A stretch of 64,000 nt of DNA, taken from IMG/VR virus record IMGVR_UViG_3300028569_000021, positions 1-64,000 of that record, one strand, 5' to 3'. Each line of letters opens with the position of its first letter. Positions within the stretch are counted from its first letter, which is position 1. A program made the position numbers and the translations under genes. This stretch comes from a virus. The notes under the pieces were generated by a model, which was given only the letters and a program-made list of their open reading frames with translations, was not told the DNA's origin and ran no database searches. Shown here piece by piece: positions 48,419 to 58,455 of this stretch.

Positions 48419-50224
48419 CTACTCCAAGTATTGAACTCTTTTTGTTATACCTTCTTGCTTTTCAAGAAAGATAACATCCCCTGTACTCAATTTAGAGCAT
48501 TCTTTTCTATGGGATATGACATATATACCATATTTTTTTGCTTGTACCAATTCTGTCAAAAGACTTATAACCATCTCTACCCCTGCTTCATCTAGACTAG
48601 TATCGAGAAGCTCATCATAAAATTGTATGTTATAAGATATATTGCTTTGAAGTCTTAGCATTTCAATAAAAGTAAACATAATTGCTAAATCAATAACTTT
48701 TTTTTCTGCTCCGCTAAAGTTAAAATAACTCATCTCAACCCCTTTATTATTAACAATAGTCTCTTCAAAATATTCATCAAATTTAATAAAAGCATTAGAA
48801 TTTAATTTTCTTAAGTAGCCGCTAAGCTTATTATTAAACAAGTTAAGTATCTTTTTAACAATATAACTCCTTACTCCGTCTTCACCTAATACAAATTTTA
48901 CTAGGTCGAGTATATTTAAATTATGCTTATCTTTTTCTATCTGTTGAGTAATAGCATCAACTTTTTGCTTAATAGTTTCAATAGCATTTGTTAGATCATT
49001 ATTTGTATTTTCTAAATCTTCAATATCTCTATCAACAGTAGCAACATAAGATTGTAAGTCTATTTCTTTTTGAGTAAGGTGTTGTTTTTGTTGTTCTCTT
49101 AGCTTTTGTCTGCTAACAATCTCTTTAAGCTTACAAAACGCGCTGTCTAGCTTTATTTTAGACTCTTCATAAACAGTCAATTTATTTTCTAGTTCATTAA
49201 TGCTAATATCATATTCACTTATTTCTTTCTTAAAAAGCTTCTTTTGATCAGATATATGATTTTTATCCAATGCAGTAATAGGTTTTAAGCATACAGGACA
49301 CATGTCTTTTTCAGTACCTATCTTCGTTAAAGACACTTTAATAAAATCTCTTTTTGTTTCTACAGATGTAATATCTTTGCCGATAATATTAATCTTGGAT
49401 AATAATTCCTGTAGTTTATCACCTGCATAGGTTATTTTATTTTGTACTTCAGTAATATCTATATTTTGTATTTTATCTATAGTAACTTTTACTTCTTCTA
49501 TTTCTTTAGCAGCGCTCTCTCGCCTACTCTGCAAAGTTTCTCTTCTCTTTTTCTTTTCTATTTCTTTATTTAAAGATTGATCCACAAGACTACTATAATG
49601 TTTTTTTATTTCTTCAAATTTAGCATTCTTAATATCAAAATCTTTTTTGGTCTCTTGCATTTCAGCCTTAAGATTACTGTTCATACTACTAAACATTTCT
49701 AAATTAAAAATACTCTCAATAAACTTTCTCTTTTCTACCTTCTTCTTTGCCATGAAAGGTACCATATTATTAAGAGTCATTGCAATGCAGTTTTGAAATA
49801 TTTCAGGCGTAAGTCTTAAAATACCTTGAACATATTCAGTGGTATTAACCATAGAATCTCTTGTAACGTCTATACCATCTTCATATAGATAACACTTACT
49901 TGGTTCTATTGTCCTGTGTAATTCATATTTTTTAAGTATATTATTTTCTTGAATACTAAAAACAAGAGAAACTTTAGGAGTCTTTTTAGTAATATTGTTA
50001 ACAATAAACTCCTTCTTTAACTCTCTTAGGGTATTACCAAACAACACAAAGCTAAGACCATCAAGAATAGTACTCTTACCAATACCGTTTCGTCTATCAG
50101 ATTGGTCTTTATTGGTACCGGTAATAACATGTAGACCTGGCTTTAAATCTATTTCTACTTGCTCTTTACCAATTGATAAAAAATTTTCTATTATTAATTT
50201 ATCAAAATTTACAAATTTAGTCAT
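48419..50224 (-). CDS. gp46: Recombination endonuclease ATPase subunit (Rad50/SbcC-like)
   Basis: 'NFLSIG', Walker A NGIGKS, zinc hook CPVC, signature FSGAE and Walker B 'YDELLD'. Confidence 0.95.
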   Translation of the reverse strand: MTKFVNFDKLIIENFLSIGKEQVEIDLKPGLHVITGTNKDQSDRRNGIGKSTILDGLSFVLFGNTLRELKKEFIVNNITKKTPKVSLVFSIQENNILKKYELHRTIEPSKCYLYEDGIDVTRDSMVNTTEYVQGILRLTPEIFQNCIAMTLNNMVPFMAKKKVEKRKFIESIFNLEMFSSMNSNLKAEMQETKKDFDIKNAKFEEIKKHYSSLVDQSLNKEIEKKKRRETLQSRRESAAKEIEEVKVTIDKIQNIDITEVQNKITYAGDKLQELLSKINIIGKDITSVETKRDFIKVSLTKIGTEKDMCPVCLKPITALDKNHISDQKKLFKKEISEYDISINELENKLTVYEESKIKLDSAFCKLKEIVSRQKLREQQKQHLTQKEIDLQSYVATVDRDIEDLENTNNDLTNAIETIKQKVDAITQQIEKDKHNLNILDLVKFVLGEDGVRSYIVKKILNLFNNKLSGYLRKLNSNAFIKFDEYFEETIVNNKGVEMSYFNFSGAEKKVIDLAIMFTFIEMLRLQSNISYNIQFYDELLDTSLDEAGVEMVISLLTELVQAKKYGIYVISHRKECSKLSTGDVIFLEKQEGITKRVQYLE

Positions 50225-51249
50225 TTTATTTGATTATATAAAAACAATGTATGTTTAATTACTTCATCTTTTTCTTCTATATCTAGCATATTAACAAATT
50301 CTACTATAGCTTTTGAGACATCTACTCCAGAAAGATCACATTCATTTTGATCTTCTATAGAAACACTATAATTAACTAGAGGGTCAATTATTAACGACAA
50401 CGGACTATATCCATTACAAACGTTAATATACTCATCTATCTTTTTTTGATCTATATTTTTATCTATTACAATTTTAATAAAGTTATTTTTATAATGCTCT
50501 TTAAGATCTTCATTGTTTTGTAGTTCAGAAACTAAAAATTTTTTATGTACAGGTGAAATATTATTTTCATAAAAGTTATATGTAATATTATCATCAAAAT
50601 CTAATACGTAATACCCTTTTTTACATTCTCTTTCACCAAAATCTAACTGAAAAGGGCTGCCTACATATATAATTTTACCTTCATCATACTCTCTTTCTTC
50701 GTTAAGATGAAAATGACCAGAAAAAATAAGAGGTGCTTTTTGCAAAAGATCTCTTGGGTTTGTACCTTTCTCACATAGCTTATGTGCATTCATCCTAAAA
50801 GTCTCTATCTCAAAGTGACCAAATATGGCACTACCTTCAGGTATATTATTTTCATTAAACCCCCAGGGACAAAACGTTACACTATGTTTACCAATAGTCT
50901 TACTAGTAACGCTGTCAAATATAGTTATATTACTATATCCTTTCAATATTGAAAGAGAATGTACATTAGCTTTATCCTTATAATAGCAGTCATGATTACC
51001 TGGTATCATTAATACTTCAAAATCTTTAAATTTATCTAGGAATTCGGCTGCAGCATGGATCGTATTAACGGATATTTCTGATCTAGAATGAAAAAAATCA
51101 CCAGTAAATATAATATTTTTAATTTTCTTTGATTTTAATTCAGCAATAAACCAATCTGCCCAATCAAGGGCAATTTTATGCCATACTAAACTATTTTGAT
51201 GAACTCCTAAATGAAGGTCTGTAAATAAAGCGTATTTTGTTTGTGACAT
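50221..51249 (-). CDS. gp47: Recombination nuclease subunit (Mre11/SbcD-like)
   Basis: DLH, GDFF, GNHD, GHFE, SGHFH and YVGSP metallophosphoesterase motifs. Confidence 0.95.
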   Translation of the reverse strand: MSQTKYALFTDLHLGVHQNSLVWHKIALDWADWFIAELKSKKIKNIIFTGDFFHSRSEISVNTIHAAAEFLDKFKDFEVLMIPGNHDCYYKDKANVHSLSILKGYSNITIFDSVTSKTIGKHSVTFCPWGFNENNIPEGSAIFGHFEIETFRMNAHKLCEKGTNPRDLLQKAPLIFSGHFHLNEEREYDEGKIIYVGSPFQLDFGERECKKGYYVLDFDDNITYNFYENNISPVHKKFLVSELQNNEDLKEHYKNNFIKIVIDKNIDQKKIDEYINVCNGYSPLSLIIDPLVNYSVSIEDQNECDLSGVDVSKAIVEFVNMLDIEEKDEVIKHTLFLYNQIK

Positions 51250-51253
51250 TTAA

Positions 51254-51886
51254 TTAAGTATCGCTAAAAACATCGTTATCGTAACCTGTAGGTTTAGTAT
51301 AAATTTTATGTGAATTCATCTCTTCATCACTATTAATGAGATTATTGTATTGTCTTTCTTTATAGTCTTCTAGCACTTGATAATGTTTCTTTTCTTTTTT
51401 AATTCTACTAATAAAAGCGTGAAATGCAATAGTCGTAAAATAACTAAAAGGAGAAAAACCATGATTAAGTTTAAATTTTTTATGCTTAAGAGCCTGATAC
51501 ATCTTTACTATAGCATCTCCTATCATATCTTCTTTAAAGGAGTAATTGATAAAGTTAGGTGCGTATGATAAACCTACAGCAATTTTTCTTAGACTATCAC
51601 CTAGATAATTTGTAATTTTATCTGTCTGATAATAGACGGTGATTGCATCTTCAAACTCTCTACCATTAACATAATGTTCTTTTTCTTCTGCAGACTTTTT
51701 TTTCTTACGTTTCTTAGGTGGATCTTCCGCTACAATAACAGGTAATATAATAGTTTCAGGTATTGAGCTTTTCATAAGCTGATCAACGCTTACTATAGAA
51801 ACGTTTTCTTGAATGCTACTCTCTAATTTCGGTTTTTTGATAAGGGATTTTTTCTTGTTCATAAAATTGTATGCGTTTATTACCAT
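51254..51886 (-). CDS. gp55: Late-transcription sigma factor
   Basis: 'HYVN..EF', 'IAVGLSYAPNFINYSFKEDMIGDA' and 'PFSYFTTIAFHAFISRIKKEKK'. True start may be MNKKK. Confidence 0.93.
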   Translation of the reverse strand: MVINAYNFMNKKKSLIKKPKLESSIQENVSIVSVDQLMKSSIPETIILPVIVAEDPPKKRKKKKSAEEKEHYVNGREFEDAITVYYQTDKITNYLGDSLRKIAVGLSYAPNFINYSFKEDMIGDAIVKMYQALKHKKFKLNHGFSPFSYFTTIAFHAFISRIKKEKKHYQVLEDYKERQYNNLINSDEEMNSHKIYTKPTGYDNDVFSDT

Positions 51887-53264
51887 GGTCTATACCATAT
51901 TGAAGTTGATCTTGTAAATCTATAATTTGAAGTATTTTTTTATCTTTATGTAATCTAAGACCTCTTCCAATACTTTGTAAGGTTTTAATTTTAGCTTTAC
52001 CACCCCCTGCAAATATTATATAATGTAAGTTCTTAATATCAATACCTGTAGAAAATATTTTAGAGATAGCAACACAAACAACATTATTTTTGTATTCCAT
52101 CTTTTTTCTTATTTCTTCTCTTGCATCGGTTTCAACACTACCTTGAATAAAATATATTTCTTTATTTTTAAGGTTGGCAGATAGTACTTCAAACAATTTT
52201 TCACCGTGTTTAATAAAATCTACCATTATAAGTATATTATTATTTGCGTTAGAAGAAATTTTGTTTATAATTTTATTTCTATAGCTATTAGAAAAAAGAA
52301 ACTCTAATTCTGATCTGTATTTATCGTTAGTAAAGATACGCATATCAGGTTTAGTTTTATAAAATATTTCTAGAATAGAAATTTGTACACTAGAAACAAA
52401 ATTGTCTTTCCTTAATTCATAGCTCTTTCTCTCGTACAATTGAGGTCCCATTTTACCTATAATATTCCAGGTATCTATTTTAGATTCAGGCATAGTACCT
52501 GTAAATCCAAAGCGGTGAGGTGTTATAATAGTATCTATAATTTTATTAATACTATTACCTGTTCTTAAAATGTGTACTTCGTCAACAATTAACATATCTA
52601 CTGTTTCTAGAATAGAGGTATCAGTATTTTTGCTTTGTAATATGCCTATATTACATACTATAACATCAGTAGCTAAATTGAGAGGATTGTTACCTGTCCA
52701 TTTAGAGTATGTAAAATTAACACCGTACTCTTGAAATTTATCAATAGTTTGTTCTACTAAAGAAAGGGAGGGTACTACTAGTGCACATTTAAAATCTTGC
52801 TTATCAGCATACACTGTATTTCTTATATGATTAATAAGAGAGGAAGTAATAAGTGTTTTTCCTCCAGCAGTTGCCAGTACTATAGTACCTCTACCTGCTG
52901 TAAGACATTTTTTAACAACATCTTCTTGATAATCATAAAGTTTTAAATTTAAATCTAAAATATTTTCAGTATAATTTGTATGACTTTTCCATTTTCTAGA
53001 AGGAATAAGATAATCTATTAAGTGTTCAGAAATAATTAGCTTCTCTTTAGGATCGTTTTCTTTAATATAATTAACAATTTCGTAGGCCAGGCCAGGTAAG
53101 AATCGACCGGTAGGTGTAATGGCATATTTACGCATAGGTATAAACTTATACCTATTTCTTGCAAATTTGGCACCATCATTTTTTTCAGAAAAATGTTCTC
53201 TTATTTTAGTAAATAAGTCTCCTTTTAAAATACCTTTAAACTTTTGGAAATCTAACTCTGTCAT
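51816..53264 (-). CDS. uvsW: SF2 DNA helicase
   Basis: Q motif YQ, 'ATAGGKT', DEVH, 'GFTGT', 'STGIDI' and 'QSIGRGLR'. Confidence 0.95.
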   Translation of the reverse strand: MTELDFQKFKGILKGDLFTKIREHFSEKNDGAKFARNRYKFIPMRKYAITPTGRFLPGLAYEIVNYIKENDPKEKLIISEHLIDYLIPSRKWKSHTNYTENILDLNLKLYDYQEDVVKKCLTAGRGTIVLATAGGKTLITSSLINHIRNTVYADKQDFKCALVVPSLSLVEQTIDKFQEYGVNFTYSKWTGNNPLNLATDVIVCNIGILQSKNTDTSILETVDMLIVDEVHILRTGNSINKIIDTIITPHRFGFTGTMPESKIDTWNIIGKMGPQLYERKSYELRKDNFVSSVQISILEIFYKTKPDMRIFTNDKYRSELEFLFSNSYRNKIINKISSNANNNILIMVDFIKHGEKLFEVLSANLKNKEIYFIQGSVETDAREEIRKKMEYKNNVVCVAISKIFSTGIDIKNLHYIIFAGGGKAKIKTLQSIGRGLRLHKDKKILQIIDLQDQLQYGIDHGNKRIQFYEQEKIPYQKTEIRE

Positions 53265-53656
53265 AATGTTTCAAGTTGAACTATTTTAATTATATTAGAC
53301 ATGTCATAACTCATAGAAGAAATAATCTTTTCAGTTCTTTCTAAGAAATCAATTATCATTTTTTCTTCATCAATATCCTTTACTACAGATATAACCTCTG
53401 TAGTCTCTTCTGCTTTTTCTTTTATAAAATTATCAGAAAGCTTTACAGGTAAGGATTCTTTAACTCTAGGTAAAGCATCTCTTATAATATTTTTCTTTCG
53501 TTTCTCTAATATATTTAAATTATTTTTATGATTAATAATTCGAGCTACCCACTTAGCCTTAATAGCAGGTAGTGATAGAGCCTTCTCCTTAAGATTTATT
53601 TCATTAACAATTGTATCTTTTTTAAGCTCTTCAATATAAAGTGTAATGTTAACCAC
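53261..53656 (-). CDS. uvsY: Recombination mediator (UvsY-like)
   Basis: 131-aa helical protein with 'KKDTIVNEINL...KAKW' and 'MSYDMSNIIK'; adjacent to uvsW. Confidence 0.75.
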   Translation of the reverse strand: MVNITLYIEELKKDTIVNEINLKEKALSLPAIKAKWVARIINHKNNLNILEKRKKNIIRDALPRVKESLPVKLSDNFIKEKAEETTEVISVVKDIDEEKMIIDFLERTEKIISSMSYDMSNIIKIVQLETL

Positions 53657-53662
53657 CTTGTT

Positions 53663-53690
53663 ATAGTACTATAATTGATTAAATAATCAA
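53663..53690. promoter_or_regulatory. Interlocked divergent promoters: early (-) TTGATT-N16-TACTAT-N6-GTG and late (+) TAAATA-N6-GTG
   Basis: The -35 at 53685-53690 overlaps TAAATA (53680-53685) on the opposite strand. Confidence 0.7.
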
Positions 53691-53691
53691 G

Positions 53692-53895
53692 GTGAAAAAT
53701 TTTAAAAAATTCCTAGAGCAAAATATGGCTGGTTCTGGGGGAGTTTTTGGCGATTACTCGACCTCTAGTGAAGGGGGAGCTAGTGTTGGTAATAGTGATA
53801 CTTATGCTAAAGAACATGGTGCTATTATACCAAAAGTACTGGGACTGTACACAAGAAATGGTAGATTAAAAACTAAAAAAAGGAAAAAGAAATAA
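53692..53895 (+). CDS. Small late protein with CTS-like N-terminus
   Basis: MKNFKKFLEQ; basic tail KTKKRKKK. Confidence 0.65.
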   Translation: MKNFKKFLEQNMAGSGGVFGDYSTSSEGGASVGNSDTYAKEHGAIIPKVLGLYTRNGRLKTKKRKKK

Positions 53896-54326
53896 TGGAT
53901 CTAGGTCACTGGTTAGCAAAAGAAGGAACTGTTTGTAGTGAGGATATGTTTGGGTTTGTTTATGAAATAATAAACACCACTAATAATAAAACTTATATAG
54001 GTAAAAAACAATGTTGTAGAAAAGTGAGAAAAAAACCTTTAAAAGGTAAAAAAAAAAACCGTATTGAGTTAAAAGAATCTGATTGGAAAGGGTATACTGG
54101 CTCTTCTTTTGATCTTAATGAAGATATAATGAAGTTAGGTAAGGATAAATTCACGTTTACTATTATTAAAATATGTGGTTCTAAGTGGGAGTTAGGGTAT
54201 GAAGAAATAAAAGAGCAAATTAAAAGAGATGTTTTGTTACAAGAGAATTTTTATAACGGAATAATAAATGTAAGAATAGGTAGACCACCAAAAAGCTTGT
54301 TAAATAAAAAAAGTATATTAAACTAA
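53895..54326 (+). CDS. GIY-YIG family nuclease
   Basis: 'FGFVYEIINTTNNKTYIGKK', 'WKGYTGSS' and 'FYNGII'. Confidence 0.8.
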   Translation: MDLGHWLAKEGTVCSEDMFGFVYEIINTTNNKTYIGKKQCCRKVRKKPLKGKKKNRIELKESDWKGYTGSSFDLNEDIMKLGKDKFTFTIIKICGSKWELGYEEIKEQIKRDVLLQENFYNGIINVRIGRPPKSLLNKKSILN

Positions 54327-54330
54327 GGTA

Positions 54331-54825
54331 GTGGAAGACTACATTTTTAGTAGATATAATATTGTTTATATAGACTGTACCGGTTTTTATAATAATACCC
54401 TTAATAAGATAAATGATTTGCATATCTATAAGCCTAGTAGCAGAGATATTAAAAAGCTTATATTTCACTTTATTATTAGGGACTTACTATACACTAGTAA
54501 AATAAAAAAAACTAAAGAAAAGCCGGTTTTTTTCTTTCGTAGTAATGATTTTTTAAAGACTGATACAACTTTTATTGTTCAGTTTATTAATGTTGTTAAG
54601 ATGTTAAAGAAATTGCTACCTGTACCTGTTTTAATTTTTAAAGATGAAGAAATTTTTAAGAAAAATAATGGAAACTTAAAAGGTTTAAGTGAAAAAATTT
54701 TTAATTTTTACTCTACAAGAGATCATAGTACTAAAAAATTAAGAAAATATTTAGAAGTTGAAGAATATTATGAATTAATTAAGGTTTTAGGTGAGGTAAG
54801 GAGTTTAAAAACCTTGGTAAACTAA
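54331..54825 (+). CDS. Hypothetical protein
   Basis: 164-aa ORF with GTG start. Confidence 0.5.
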   Translation: MEDYIFSRYNIVYIDCTGFYNNTLNKINDLHIYKPSSRDIKKLIFHFIIRDLLYTSKIKKTKEKPVFFFRSNDFLKTDTTFIVQFINVVKMLKKLLPVPVLIFKDEEIFKKNNGNLKGLSEKIFNFYSTRDHSTKKLRKYLEVEEYYELIKVLGEVRSLKTLVN

Positions 54826-54833
54826 ATAATATT

Positions 54834-55304
54834 ATGCAAAGTAATTTTATTAAAATTTTAAATAATTCCTACAAAGGAATCCTGACAGAGCAAGGTCCTG
54901 AGATGCCTGTTGATCCGGCAGCAAATATGGCAGCTGCACCTACTCCTGCACCTAATTCTATAACCCCACCACCAGGAGCTCCTGCACCTGAAACAGAACA
55001 TCCTGTAGAAGAGACAGAGTCTAGAAGTAGCAGTGATGCTTTTTTAATAGGTATGGTTGCAAAGGCATTATTAGTTAACCTAGATGATGACGATAAGCTT
55101 AAAGTAGTTAAATTTCTTAAGAGCCTAAACAAAGATAATGCTAGTAAAATAGAAGAAAACTTAGTTAATATCATTAACGGCTATGATTATCAAAACTTAG
55201 ATATCGATTTAGATTCGAATTTTAAAATACCACCTAAAAATTCTAGAAAAGTTATAAAATTTTTAAATAAAATTATGGATGATTATGTTAATACCGAATA
55301 TTAA
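54834..55304 (+). CDS. Late protein with Pro/Ala-rich linker
   Basis: TAAATA-N5-ATG; MQSNFIKILNNSYKGILTEQ. Confidence 0.6.
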   Translation: MQSNFIKILNNSYKGILTEQGPEMPVDPAANMAAAPTPAPNSITPPPGAPAPETEHPVEETESRSSSDAFLIGMVAKALLVNLDDDDKLKVVKFLKSLNKDNASKIEENLVNIINGYDYQNLDIDLDSNFKIPPKNSRKVIKFLNKIMDDYVNTEY

Positions 55305-55807
55305 AGTCTGTTAGCCTTTAGACATTCAATATTAAAAATAACGTTTTTGAGTACAGCCTCATTAACTCCCATACCTTCCCCGTCAAGCATACCTTTAATG
55401 TTTGAAGCTAATCTTAATCCATCATTCATATCCTCTACATCACTTGAATTCATACATTCTTTTTCAAATTTATCGTATTCAAGTGCTTTTTTAACAGATA
55501 TAATGTAATCTGAAGCTTTTACTATTTTACTTAGCATCCATGGATCCATGTCTTCAGTATGGTTTAACATATCTAAAAGATCTGTACCATCTTTAAGAAT
55601 ACTAAAAAGCTCACTTTTAGCCATATCAGAGTTTCTCTTTTCTGGTTCTGGGTTTTCATGAGCAGAGTGTATTACCGGTTGAATTTGTGGTACCGGACCT
55701 GGTTCATTGTCAAATAACGAACTCGACAAATCCATATAGTGCATGTCCTCGTTAATTACTTTTTCATATACGCTACGGATTCTATCAAGTTCATATTTCT
55801 TACTCAT
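55301..55807 (-). CDS. Late protein (candidate internal protein)
   Basis: TATAAATA-N5-ATG; 'MAKSEL...LLDML...MDPWMLSKIVKASDYI' motif. Confidence 0.6.
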   Translation of the reverse strand: MSKKYELDRIRSVYEKVINEDMHYMDLSSSLFDNEPGPVPQIQPVIHSAHENPEPEKRNSDMAKSELFSILKDGTDLLDMLNHTEDMDPWMLSKIVKASDYIISVKKALEYDKFEKECMNSSDVEDMNDGLRLASNIKGMLDGEGMGVNEAVLKNVIFNIECLKANRL

Positions 55808-55833
55808 AATATTATTTATATTATGAGATTAAT

Positions 55834-56481
55834 TTAAGTATTTTTCTTACTAAATTCTACAAATTTATAGAATTCCGCTCTAGAATTATCATTATTATCA
55901 AGAAATGCACCTGACATACGCGCAGTTCTCATAGTAGAGTCATGCTTAATGCCCCTGTTAGAACAACAGGAATGATTTGCTTCAATCAGTACTGCAACTC
56001 CATTATTCCTTTCACATACTTTATTGACATACTCATGGATTTGTGCTGTAAGGTTTTCTTGTACTTGCGGACGACGAGCAAACCAATCTACAATGCGATT
56101 TAGCTTAGACAATCCAATAACTTTACCCTTAGCGGAAGGTATGTATGCAACATGTGCAACGCCTGTAAAGGAAGCATGATGATGTGAGCATAAAGAAACT
56201 ACTTTAATGTTATTCTGACAAACTATACCATCATATTTGTCGACATTATCAAATGCTGTAACTTTTGGTGGCTCAGTATAACATCCCATGGCTAGATCAG
56301 TTACGAAGGCCTTTGCCACTCTCAAAGGGGTATTACTGCTATTAGGATCGTTTCTCCAGTCAAAACCAAGTGCATCAAGATATGCTTCATAAGCAATTGC
56401 GGCCCTTTCAATAAGATCAGTCGTCTCTTCTGGTGTATGGGGGTTGTTGTGATTGGCGTATGAAAGTTTCTTTTTAATCAT
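55834..56481 (-). CDS. folE: GTP cyclohydrolase I
   Basis: 'TPLRVAK', 'SLCSHH', 'GLSKLNRIV...RRPQVQE' and 'HSCCSNRG'. Confidence 0.95.
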   Translation of the reverse strand: MIKKKLSYANHNNPHTPEETTDLIERAAIAYEAYLDALGFDWRNDPNSSNTPLRVAKAFVTDLAMGCYTEPPKVTAFDNVDKYDGIVCQNNIKVVSLCSHHHASFTGVAHVAYIPSAKGKVIGLSKLNRIVDWFARRPQVQENLTAQIHEYVNKVCERNNGVAVLIEANHSCCSNRGIKHDSTMRTARMSGAFLDNNDNSRAEFYKFVEFSKKNT

Positions 56482-56487
56482 AAGACT

Positions 56488-56521
56488 ATTTTAATCTATA
56501 TATTAACTTTTTCAATAAATA
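56488..56521. promoter_or_regulatory. Back-to-back early (-) folE promoter TTGAAA-N16-TAAAAT-N6-ATG and late (+) TAAATA-N5-ATG
   Basis: The -35 at 56510-56515 abuts TAAATA at 56516-56521. Confidence 0.7.
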
Positions 56522-56526
56522 ATATT

Positions 56527-56997
56527 ATGAAATTTTTTAATATTTTCAAATCCGTGTTTGAGGATAAAAGTTTAAAGAAAGTGCGAATTAAGGTTGACCC
56601 CGTCTGGGCAGAAAAGCTTGGTGCTTTATATAGTCCAAATTATGAAGGTTACATTTTACAGGAATGTCATGATAGCGGAGGATCACAATTTAAAATTTTT
56701 ATAGTAAACGTACCTCCCGGTTATAATCCTATACAAACAGTTAGTAGTAATAATATAGAGGAAATACCCCAGGACAAATTAGAAGAAGTACCGCAAGTAA
56801 ACTACTCTAGATTGACTCTACTTAAAAAGGCAATATTAGATAAAGTAATAGAAAAAGGAAAAACAAAGGATGACCCTGATGTGCTGCAATTATTAAACTC
56901 AAAAGACATAGGTTTTATTGAAACGTTTTTAAGACAGATGGGATTAACAGAAGAGGATATTTTAAACTTATATAGAAAATGCTTTAAGAAGCTATAA
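56527..56997 (+). CDS. Late protein with CTS-like N-terminus
   Basis: MKFFNIFKSVFED. Confidence 0.6.
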   Translation: MKFFNIFKSVFEDKSLKKVRIKVDPVWAEKLGALYSPNYEGYILQECHDSGGSQFKIFIVNVPPGYNPIQTVSSNNIEEIPQDKLEEVPQVNYSRLTLLKKAILDKVIEKGKTKDDPDVLQLLNSKDIGFIETFLRQMGLTEEDILNLYRKCFKKL

Positions 56998-57008
56998 ATA
57001 AATTTATT

Positions 57009-57332
57009 ATGCCATTTAAAAAGCAATCATCCAAAAAAACAGTTTCAAAAAATAAAGAAACAGAAATGAAAAAATATAATAAAACAGGTAAAGCTGGCAA
57101 ATCAAAGCCAGGCAGTGGTAAAGATAAGGTTGTTAAAGGCAAAAAGCTTACTGAGGCTGCTAAAGCTAAGAAAGACTACGATAAAGACGGTAGAGTAAAA
57201 ACACCAGAACAAAAGTTCAAAGGTTCTAGAGACAAGGCTATCAAGAAAGCCAAAGGTAAGAAGACTTCTACTTTAAAAGAAAATTTTAATAATTATATTA
57301 AAGATTTGCTTAAGAAAGCTTTTTTTAATTAA
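57009..57332 (+). CDS. Very basic Lys-rich late protein (candidate DNA-condensing internal protein)
   Basis: About one third Lys; 'KKDYDKDG' motif; TATAAATA upstream. Confidence 0.6.
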   Translation: MPFKKQSSKKTVSKNKETEMKKYNKTGKAGKSKPGSGKDKVVKGKKLTEAAKAKKDYDKDGRVKTPEQKFKGSRDKAIKKAKGKKTSTLKENFNNYIKDLLKKAFFN

Positions 57333-58426
57333 AAAGAACCACCAGGTCTTATATCACCTATCTTACCGGAAGCAAAACCAGGTCTTCTCTGTAAGGTATG
57401 TTTATTTTTACTTGCTGCACCTAACTTCTTCAAAGTATCTATAAGGGATTGACCCTCTGCAGCATTTCTTTCTATCTCAGCGTCTAAAGGTTCTTTTATT
57501 GAATTAGCCATTCTCGCACCACCTACTACTGCTGGTAATAATTCCTTACCAAATCTAGACGGTTTTATTATTTTTGCTGCAGCCTTTGCTTTTTTTGCTG
57601 CTTTTATTTTTGCTGCTTTTATTTTTGCTGCATCATCTGGAACTATAGTTTGTTTTGCTGTTTTTAATTTTGCAGCATCATCAACTGCTAAAGCCGCTTT
57701 TTCTGCTTGTTTAGATATAGGAACTTCCGCTTGTTTAATTAATTTTTCAAGTTTTACAATTTCCCTTTCTGGTAACAATTTATGTCTTCTTAAGAAATTA
57801 ATGTAAACTTCTGATGCTTTTTTACCGCTTGAGGTACTTATTTTATCTAAAGACTTAACACTATTAATAGAAATATTTTCTACTGCTTTTGGATTTGATC
57901 TAAACCAATCTGTTACATTTTCTACCATGTTACCTAGTGATTTTCCCCCTGGAACTAATTTAGCCATAAACTTTATTGGCATCATCAGTAATTTTAATGT
58001 ACCCCATATAAGTGTCGCAGGTTTACCTCCTACGGGTATTATAGATAAAGCAGCTAGTACTAGAAATATTGTGTTCCAAGGTCCCTGGTTTTTATCATAT
58101 TCATTTATTGCCTCAACAAATGCAGGCCAAGATAGAATTCCTGTAGGTTCAAATACAGCAATTGTATTATAAACCCATGCAGGTAAATCAGTCCAGCTAT
58201 CAAAATTAGAAAGTTCATTCCATGTTAAGTCATTTTCTGGTGGTACTTCAACATTTAAATTAAGATTTTTGAATAAAGTAGAAAACTTTGTATTAAAAAT
58301 TTTACTAGAAATATCACCTTTAAATAAATTGTGAATTTGTTGAGGTATAAAGCTTTCTGCTTCTGTAATCTGATCTTCAGATCTATACATATTAATAAGA
58401 CTCTCTATCTTTCTATCAAATATCAT
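57329..58426 (-). CDS. Late protein with hydrophobic hairpin and K/A-rich repeats
   Basis: TAAATA-N5-ATG; 'IFLVLAALSIIPVGGK'; 'DDAAK' x2 and 'AAKIK' repeats. Confidence 0.6.
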   Translation of the reverse strand: MIFDRKIESLINMYRSEDQITEAESFIPQQIHNLFKGDISSKIFNTKFSTLFKNLNLNVEVPPENDLTWNELSNFDSWTDLPAWVYNTIAVFEPTGILSWPAFVEAINEYDKNQGPWNTIFLVLAALSIIPVGGKPATLIWGTLKLLMMPIKFMAKLVPGGKSLGNMVENVTDWFRSNPKAVENISINSVKSLDKISTSSGKKASEVYINFLRRHKLLPEREIVKLEKLIKQAEVPISKQAEKAALAVDDAAKLKTAKQTIVPDDAAKIKAAKIKAAKKAKAAAKIIKPSRFGKELLPAVVGGARMANSIKEPLDAEIERNAAEGQSLIDTLKKLGAASKNKHTLQRRPGFASGKIGDIRPGGSF

Positions 58427-58455
58427 ATTTTTATTTAGTCTATAAAAAAATAAAG

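Noticed and set aside
53895-54326. GIY-YIG gene as a mobile homing endonuclease
   Set aside because: Short single-domain protein with no DNA-binding extension or intron context; more like a conserved phage nuclease.
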